DNA from: a virus
Taxonomy: Duplodnaviria; Caudoviricetes
IMG/VR virus record: IMGVR_UViG_3300028048_000055
Coordinates: 1 to 64,000 of that record
DNA length: 64,000 bases
Direction: 5' to 3' (one strand)
Shown here: positions 57,601 through 63,313 of the stretch, piece by piece
Layout: every line of letters begins with the position of its first letter
Position numbering within the stretch: position 1 is the first letter of the stretch
Made by a program: the position numbers and the translations under genes
The notes under the pieces: model-generated
The model's database searches: none
The model's input: the letters and a program-made list of their open reading frames with translations, nothing else
What the model was told of the DNA's origin: nothing

Positions 57601-57604
57601 TAAA

Positions 57605-57694
57605 CGGTCTGTGATTGGAATTGGTATACAGCATCGGCTTAAACCCGGTGGCCGAGATAAATACGGATTGGGGGTTCGAGTCCCTTCAGGCCGA
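57605..57694 (+). tRNA. tRNA-Leu(TAA)
   Basis: class II cloverleaf. Confidence 0.88.
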
Positions 57695-57704
57695 TAAAAT
57701 ATAA

Positions 57705-57786
57705 CGGTATGTGATGGAATGTATACATGCGGGCTTGAGAGGTCCGTGCCCAAAAGGGATTGGGAGTGCGAATCTCCCCGTACCGA
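57705..57786 (+). tRNA. tRNA-Leu(GAG)
   Basis: class II cloverleaf. Confidence 0.85.
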
Positions 57787-57794
57787 TAACATAA

Positions 57795-57878
57795 CGTCAG
57801 GTGGAGTAATTGGTAGCCTCGCAAGAACGAGAGTCTTGTGGTAGAAATACCGTGAGGGTTCGAGTCCCTCTCTGACGA
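57795..57878 (+). tRNA. tRNA-Leu(GAG) with A32/C33
   Basis: loop ACGAGAG, A73, long variable arm. Confidence 0.78.
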
Positions 57879-57887
57879 TAAATTAAT

Positions 57888-57972
57888 GGAAGCGTAGGCT
57901 AATAGGTAAGCCAGCACTTTGCTAAAGTGCCGTGGAGAAATCTGCTTGAAGGTTCGAGCCCTTCCGCTTCCG
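57888..57972 (+). tRNA. tRNA-Ser(GCT)
   Basis: class II cloverleaf, G73. Confidence 0.92.
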
Positions 57973-57980
57973 CTACATAT

Positions 57981-58092
57981 TGCTTGGTGGTGAAAATCGT
58001 GTGGCCTAGGCGCATCGTAGGTAAACACGCCCCGCATAGTAGGGGTGTCTACTTAGCTGGTAGACTTGTTGGTTCGAGTCCAACCTAAGCAG
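57981..58092 (+). tRNA. aberrant 112-nt class II tRNA-like RNA (hairpin inserted in D loop, 8-nt anticodon loop GCATAGTA)
   Basis: good acceptor, T and variable arms. Confidence 0.55.
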
Positions 58093-58100
58093 TTAAATAT

Positions 58101-58174
58101 CCACTGGTGATGGAACTGGCATACATATCGGATTCAAAACCCGAGTTTTGAGGGTTCGACTCCCTCCTGGTGGA
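58101..58174 (+). tRNA. tRNA-Leu(CAA), short variable loop
   Basis: cloverleaf, A73. Confidence 0.85.
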
Positions 58175-58180
58175 CTAAAT

Positions 58181-58265
58181 GGCCGAGTGATGGAACTGGC
58201 GAGACAACGGTGCCTTAGAAGCATCGGTCCGAAAGGGCGTGTGGGTTCGAATCCCACCTTGGCCA
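58181..58265 (+). tRNA. tRNA-Leu(TAG)
   Basis: class II cloverleaf. Confidence 0.9.
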
Positions 58266-58267
58266 CT

Positions 58268-58489
58268 ATGACTAACTTTGAAATGTGAAAGGAATCGCTC
58301 ACTGCAGAAGAGTGGGCAAATAAATTTGTAGAACTGGATTATTGTCCAAAATGTCCAGCCTATAGTTTTTGTAGAGATTGTGATATATTGAATCCAACAA
58401 AGTTAGATGGAACAGTCAATACAGAAGAATGTAATAATACTTGTAGAAAGAGATTTCTTACTTGGGCAAATAAAGATGCACAATGTTAA
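58268..58489 (+). CDS. Cys-rich small protein with in-frame TGA at codon 7
   Basis: MTNFEM*KESLTAEEWANKF...CPKCPAYSFC...CRKRFLTWAN. Confidence 0.5.
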
Positions 58490-58799
58490 ACATGCATATG
58501 TATATTGTAATGATAAGCTTGCGGGTCATTTGTTAAGAAACCGCAAGCATTATGTTTTTATATACGATAAAGATTATGTTGGTCCATCTATTGCCATAAA
58601 TTTTCCTAAATCAACTAGATACTATTCTAGTCCGTATTTATTTCCGTATTTTTATGGATTGTTGCCAGAAGGTGAAAATAAAGAATTCTATTGCAAAATA
58701 TTTCACCTTAATCCAGATGATAATTTTGAAATCCTGACAAATTTAGCATGGCATGAAACAATTGGTCCTGTTACTGTAAGACCTTTCAAAAACGGTTGA
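58476..58799 (+). CDS. stand-alone HipA N-terminal domain (HipS-like) protein
   Basis: AG.L...YVFIYD..Y, LFPYFYGLLPEG, D.F.IL, ETIGPVTV. Confidence 0.85.
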   Translation: MHNVKHAYVYCNDKLAGHLLRNRKHYVFIYDKDYVGPSIAINFPKSTRYYSSPYLFPYFYGLLPEGENKEFYCKIFHLNPDDNFEILTNLAWHETIGPVTVRPFKNG

Positions 58800-58845
58800 C
58801 AAAACATTAATAGTTTTCTATATTAAAATAAAAAAGAGAACCTTA

Positions 58846-59250
58846 ATGTATACATGTAATCCAGATAGAGTTTTTCGTGGACCACGTGAAGCACAAGAAC
58901 ATGATATGGTAGTTGACTTTACTCATGAAGTTGCTAAAAAACTTGAAAAACTTAAATTACCTACATTTGGTAATAATGAAAAATTATTTTCATATATCGA
59001 ACGTGAAAACAGAGATAAGTTATATTTGTCATTTAAATGTGATTATAGAAAAGAATCCATTTTCGTAGAAATTCCTTCAGTTGATTTTGGTATATCTTTA
59101 CACGTAAAAGATTTAAAAAAGATTAAAACTAAACTTAAACCTGATGGTTATCTTATAAAAGCTATTAATGAAGGTGAAGATTTAATAAGGCAAATTCGTA
59201 GTACAATAAAGTCGAAAATTCATACAGCAATTACATTGGATGAAGTATAA
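58846..59250 (+). CDS. hypothetical protein, tandem paralog 1
   Basis: FRGP.EA...A.KLEK...GYLIKAI.E...LDEV. Confidence 0.7.
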   Translation: MYTCNPDRVFRGPREAQEHDMVVDFTHEVAKKLEKLKLPTFGNNEKLFSYIERENRDKLYLSFKCDYRKESIFVEIPSVDFGISLHVKDLKKIKTKLKPDGYLIKAINEGEDLIRQIRSTIKSKIHTAITLDEV

Positions 59251-59702
59251 TGCATGAAATTATAGATGATAGACAATGGCGTGGACCGACTGATGCTGTA
59301 ACATTTAAGAGAACTTGTGAAAATAATCATAGTTTAGCACAAAAACTTGAAAAACAAGGTATTAAGACTAGTGGTATAAATGATGAACTTTATGCTTGTT
59401 TAAAAATTAATAAGCATCCATTATTAATACAACCTAGTTGGCGTTATATTGATTGTTGGGGTTCGCATCCTAGTGGTAAAGATCCATATGATGTTAATAT
59501 TATGATTCCTGCGGTAGGAGTAACAATTCCTGTTAAACTTGCTAAAATTAAAAAGACATTTGAATCTAAAACTTATCTTGTAAAAGCATTGACCGAATAT
59601 AGTGCGGCATTAGCTGCTGCAAAAAGTAAAAAAGCAAAAAAATCTGTAGACTTGGCATATACAAGTATAATTGAATCAGCTCAAGCATTTGATGAGGCAT
59701 AA
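59250..59702 (+). CDS. hypothetical protein, tandem paralog 2
   Basis: WRGP...KLEKQGI...PSWRY...DPYDVNI. Confidence 0.7.
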   Translation: MHEIIDDRQWRGPTDAVTFKRTCENNHSLAQKLEKQGIKTSGINDELYACLKINKHPLLIQPSWRYIDCWGSHPSGKDPYDVNIMIPAVGVTIPVKLAKIKKTFESKTYLVKALTEYSAALAAAKSKKAKKSVDLAYTSIIESAQAFDEA

Positions 59703-59704
59703 TT

Positions 59705-60130
59705 ATGCATATAATTGAAAGAGATAGTACATGGCGTGGTCCAAGCGAAGCTGTGGCATTCAATAGAGAGTGTAATGATAAGCATGATCTTGCTGTAAAA
59801 CTTGAAAAACAAGGTATTATAACTGAAGGTGTAAATACTACACTTTATGGTTATATTAACTTAGGAGAAAGATTTTTACGAATAATTCCTTCTTGGCGTT
59901 ATGATGGCTATTGGAGAACTAAAGATGGTAAATCAGATCCATATGATGTCAATATTGAAATTCCATCATTTGATGTAACTATTCCGGCTAAGCTTGATAA
60001 TATTAAGAAAGTATTTAGTTCTGACGGATATCTTATGAAAGCTATTAAAGAATATGAAGCATCTTTGCATACTGCAAAGCTTGTATTCGCAAATACTATT
60101 AAAGCAGCACAAGCATTGGATGAAGTATAA
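59705..60130 (+). CDS. hypothetical protein, tandem paralog 3
   Basis: WRGP...KLEKQGI...PSWRY...DPYDVNI. Confidence 0.7.
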   Translation: MHIIERDSTWRGPSEAVAFNRECNDKHDLAVKLEKQGIITEGVNTTLYGYINLGERFLRIIPSWRYDGYWRTKDGKSDPYDVNIEIPSFDVTIPAKLDNIKKVFSSDGYLMKAIKEYEASLHTAKLVFANTIKAAQALDEV

Positions 60131-60262
60131 ATGGAAACTTATATTTTATTTGGAATTCCTGCAGTAATTTTTGGTTACATGTTTTTTGGAACCATTGGAA
60201 GTATTCTTAAAACCCGAAAAGAAATTTTAAGATTAAGACATGAAAAAAATTATTTTTATGGG

Positions 60263-60291
60263 TTTACAAACAGAAAATAAATTACTATATT
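60263..60291 (+). promoter_or_regulatory. sigma70-type promoter of tRNA block 6
   Basis: TTTACA-N17-TATATT. Confidence 0.8.
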
Positions 60292-60357
60292 TAACAACGT
60301 AAAATAACGAAAAACAAGAAAAAACTTTTATATATAATAATAAAGGATAAAAGCAAA

Positions 60358-60447
60358 ATGAACTATCAGTTATATACATCATGCACTTCTTCATGCAGAC
60401 AGCAGTCTTCATGTTATTGCATGTATTCCATTAAAACTGATGGGTGA
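60358..60447 (+). CDS. attenuator leader peptide 6 MNYQLYTSCTSSCRQQSSCYCMYSIKTDG
   Basis: AAGGA SD; S6 (all UCN), Y4, C4, Q3 (all CAG). Confidence 0.9.
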   Translation: MNYQLYTSCTSSCRQQSSCYCMYSIKTDG

Positions 60448-60477
60448 CATCATTAAAGTTTGTATATAAACTTTTAT

Positions 60478-60508
60478 GGCGTCACGAAAAGTGACGCTTT
60501 TATTTTTT
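60478..60508 (+). terminator. attenuator terminator 6
   Basis: GGCGTCAC-GAAAA-GTGACGCT plus T tract. Confidence 0.88.
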
Positions 60509-60516
60509 ATTAATTT

Positions 60517-60601
60517 GGCAGTTTCGGATAGCGGCAATTCCTGGAGGCTGTAACCCTCCCGCCTTAACGGGCTTCCGTAGGTTCGAGTCCTACAGCTGTC
60601 A
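60517..60601 (+). tRNA. tRNA-Tyr(GTA)
   Basis: class II cloverleaf. Confidence 0.9.
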
Positions 60602-60621
60602 CTAAAAATTTATGAATTTAT

Positions 60622-60708
60622 GCTAGTTTGGCAGAGTGGCGAATGCGCGTGACTGTAGATCACGTCTCTAACGAGTTAACATCAGGGGTTCGACTCCCTT
60701 AGCTAGCA
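60622..60708 (+). tRNA. tRNA-Tyr(GTA)
   Basis: class II cloverleaf. Confidence 0.9.
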
Positions 60709-60725
60709 CTAAAATATAGGTAAAA

Positions 60726-61262
60726 ATGTCAATAAGTTTAATTGAAAAATATGGAGAAGATTATATACGTAATGTTTTTAAAACTGCCAAAACAGTTGAT
60801 GAAGCATGTGAAAAATTACAAACAATAACAAAATATTTAAATTATTATGCAAAAGAATTAAATTGTATTGATGATTATAATAGAATAAAAATTAATTCTA
60901 GTCAAATTGTTAAAGAACGTTTAAAAGATTATCCAGATGCATACATAATGAAAAATGTTAATGGTGTAGTTACACGTACTATAAATGATGATGCATGGCT
61001 TAAATTAATTTTTGAAAATAAAATTAGTAGTAAAAAACAAACAATATTACGTATTCTTATTAAAGCAGGATATAAAGAAAATAAATGTGAATGTTGCGGT
61101 ATTAATGAATGGAATAAAAAACCAATAACTTTACAATTACATCACAAAAATGGAAATCCACGTGATAATTGTTTAGAAAATTTAGAAATATTATGTCCAA
61201 ATTGTCATTCACAAACTAATAATTATGGAAGTAAAAATGCGGCATTACATATAAAAGATTAA
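60726..61262 (+). CDS. HNH endonuclease
   Basis: CECCG...LQLHHKNGNPRDN..ENLEILCPNCHS. Confidence 0.9.
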   Translation: MSISLIEKYGEDYIRNVFKTAKTVDEACEKLQTITKYLNYYAKELNCIDDYNRIKINSSQIVKERLKDYPDAYIMKNVNGVVTRTINDDAWLKLIFENKISSKKQTILRILIKAGYKENKCECCGINEWNKKPITLQLHHKNGNPRDNCLENLEILCPNCHSQTNNYGSKNAALHIKD

Positions 61263-61529
61263 AACACAAACGAGTAGAACCCGTGTTGCATCATTCTTGA
61301 TTTCATGCTAACGGGCTAACCCAGATGGGGAAAACTCTGGGACGAGGAATCTGCTCTTGCGAATTAGATGAATAACAGAATGATGGTCGCAAGAGTGTAG
61401 TATTGGCTCTACTAAAATATGCCACGTGAGGCCACTTGAAATAAGAGTGAGCGGAGAGAAATTCTGGATTAACCACCTGCTGTGCTCCTTAATCAGTCCT
61501 TGCAATTAGGACGCCTGTAAGTTTGTGTT
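61263..61529 (+). ncRNA. unknown multi-stem structured RNA (~270 nt)
   Basis: AACACAAAC/GTTTGTGTT closing stem, several GC-rich hairpins, CATCATTCT/AGAATGATG long-range pairing. Confidence 0.6.
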
Positions 61530-61535
61530 AATTGT

Positions 61536-61608
61536 GCTGATATAGCCAAGTCTGGTAAGGCTGATGGTTGCAACCCATCGATCGGGAGTTCGAATCTCTC
61601 TATCAGCT
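61536..61608 (+). tRNA. tRNA-Cys(GCA)
   Basis: cloverleaf, U73. Confidence 0.92.
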
Positions 61609-61613
61609 CTACA

Positions 61614-61708
61614 TGTAGCATAGGATGTTCCTATTAATGGAAGATAGGCCATCAGGCCTTGATTCGGTTCAAATCCGAAAGCCGAAAGGCAAATTACATC
61701 CCGCTATA
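61614..61708 (+). ncRNA. TCCTAT scaffold copy 8 (T arm plus two hairpins)
   Basis: TGTAGC/GCTATA, GGATGT/ACATCC; TTCGG-TTCAAAT-CCGAA. Confidence 0.75.
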
Positions 61709-61720
61709 AGAAATTAAAAA

Positions 61721-61791
61721 ATGGCATAAGAAGTTCCTATTTCGCCCGTTAGGGCATCCGACTTGAAATCAGACTAATTACTTCTCGCTAT
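61721..61791 (+). ncRNA. TCCTAT scaffold copy 9 (hairpin + Ser TGA anticodon loop)
   Basis: ATGGC/GCTAT, AGAAGT/ACTTCT; TCCGA-CTTGAAA-TCAGA. Confidence 0.75.
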
Positions 61792-61796
61792 TTAAC

Positions 61797-61868
61797 GGCA
61801 GTATAACACAATGGTTAGTGTAGCGGAATCATAATCCGTTAATATTGGTTCGAATCCAGTTATTGCTA
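61797..61868 (+). tRNA. tRNA-Met(CAT), elongator type
   Basis: cloverleaf, G2-C71/C3-G70; Ile2 not excluded. Confidence 0.8.
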
Positions 61869-61884
61869 TAATAAAAAATTAATT

Positions 61885-62718
61885 ATGAAGTTAAAATACA
61901 TATGTCAATATTGTAATAAAGAATTAACTAGGCCATGTGCATTAGCTATACATCAACGTGTTTGTAAATTAAATCCAAATAGACAACCGTTAATAAATAA
62001 TGGTAATTTAAATATAGCTAAATATCATAAACCTAAGGCTCCATATGGAACATGGAAATGTAAGTGGTGTAATAATGACATTATTTTTGATACTAGAAAA
62101 CAATTAAAAGAACATTTAAAAGAAAAACATCCAGAAAAACGTAATGCATGGAATAAAGGCTTAACAAAAGAAACTGATGAACGTGTTAAACAATTTGGTC
62201 AAACATATTCTAAGCGAATAAAAAATAAAGAAATATCTGCACTTTTTGCAGGCAAAAAACATACAGATGAATGGCGAAAAAATCATTCAGAATTACAAAA
62301 AGAAAGATATAAAGGAATATCGATATATGCAACCGTAAGGGAAAAACGAAAATCTTATCCTGAACAATATTTTGATAAAATATTTAGTGATGCAGAAAAA
62401 CAATATCATGTAGATAGTTATTTTTTAGATTATGCATGGCCATATATTAAATTATATATTGAAGTTGATGGTGAACAACATTATACTGAATCTGGTTTAC
62501 TTCATGATAAAGAAAGAGCAGAAATATTAAGTAAATTAGGTTGGAATTGTATTACGCGTATTAGATGGAAAAATTATATAAAATTAACAACTAATGAAAA
62601 AGAAAATTTTATAAATAATTTATTAAATAAAATTAATATTTTTAAAAATGAAACTATAGGAAGCAAAACAGACTGCCGGCTCCTATATACGGTGTACAAC
62701 GTCGAAGATAAGGTCTAG
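61885..62718 (+). CDS. Zn-finger + DUF559/Vsr-like endonuclease
   Basis: paralog of 43522; LDYAW..LYIEVDGEQHY. Confidence 0.85.
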   Translation: MKLKYICQYCNKELTRPCALAIHQRVCKLNPNRQPLINNGNLNIAKYHKPKAPYGTWKCKWCNNDIIFDTRKQLKEHLKEKHPEKRNAWNKGLTKETDERVKQFGQTYSKRIKNKEISALFAGKKHTDEWRKNHSELQKERYKGISIYATVREKRKSYPEQYFDKIFSDAEKQYHVDSYFLDYAWPYIKLYIEVDGEQHYTESGLLHDKERAEILSKLGWNCITRIRWKNYIKLTTNEKENFINNLLNKINIFKNETIGSKTDCRLLYTVYNVEDKV

Positions 62719-62784
62719 GGTTTGTAAGTTTCAGTATTGGAGAAACTTATACGGCAAGGTTCACCGGGAACAATGAACCATTTT

Positions 62785-62870
62785 TGAGGATTAACCCTAA
62801 TTGGTAAGGGCACGGTTTGGAATACCGTCGTGGGTTTACTCACTTGAAAGTTCGAGTCTTTCATCCTCAG
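62785..62870 (+). tRNA. tRNA-Ser(GGA)
   Basis: class II cloverleaf. Confidence 0.9.
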
Positions 62871-62972
62871 CTACGTATGGTGTTAGCGTTAAAACGGCAT
62901 AGGTATACATATGCACGGCACTGCACAGATGAACTATGCGTATTACTGTGCAAAATAAAAAATACGCTGTCT

Positions 62973-63056
62973 GGAAGAGCATCAGATTGGCGACTCAAGC
63001 TGTCCTGAAAACAGTAGTTCCGCAAGGGCTTGTGGGTTCAAATCCCTCCTCTTCCT
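62973..63056 (+). tRNA. tRNA-Ser(TGA) with C33
   Basis: class II cloverleaf, loop CCTGAAA. Confidence 0.8.
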
Positions 63057-63061
63057 CTAAT

Positions 63062-63142
63062 GGAAGATTAGACTAACTGGTAAGTCAGCAATTTCGAACG
63101 TTGCCGCCGAAAGGCTTGGGTGTTCGAGTCACTCATCTTCCG
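63062..63142 (+). tRNA. tRNA-Ser(CGA)
   Basis: class II cloverleaf. Confidence 0.9.
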
Positions 63143-63152
63143 TTATATTTTC

Positions 63153-63228
63153 TGTCCGTTAGCCAAGTCTGTTCTAAGGCAGGGGTCTCTGAAGCCTCCA
63201 TTCGGTGGTTAAAATCCATCACGGACAA
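63153..63228 (+). tRNA. tRNA-Gln(CTG)
   Basis: cloverleaf, U1-A72. Confidence 0.85.
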
Positions 63229-63313
63229 TATTTTCAAATCTTTTTTATAACGGTCATCATTGACCGTTATTTTTTTATATTTGTTTTTATAAAAACAAAA
63301 ATAGGAAACAAAT

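Noticed and set aside
57795-57878. Reading this tRNA as Ser(CGA)
   Set aside because: The 5-bp stem fixes a 7-nt loop ACGAGAG with central GAG, and A73 fits Leu.
61263-61529. RNase P RNA or tmRNA
   Set aside because: Lacks the GAGGAAAGTCC P4 signature in correct context and lacks tmRNA tRNA-like ends.
44396-61791. TCCTAT repeats as a CRISPR array
   Set aside because: Dispersed, variable in sequence with covarying stems, no regular spacer period and no cas genes.
44396-61791. TCCTAT repeats as known self-cleaving ribozymes (hammerhead, twister, HDV-like theta)
   Set aside because: I could not find the conserved catalytic cores or the nested double pseudoknot by eye; not formally excluded without a covariance search.
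62873-62953. Twelfth copy of the TCCTAT scaffold
   Set aside because: Has GGCATAGGTA and some hairpins but lacks TCCTAT and the matching 3' strand.
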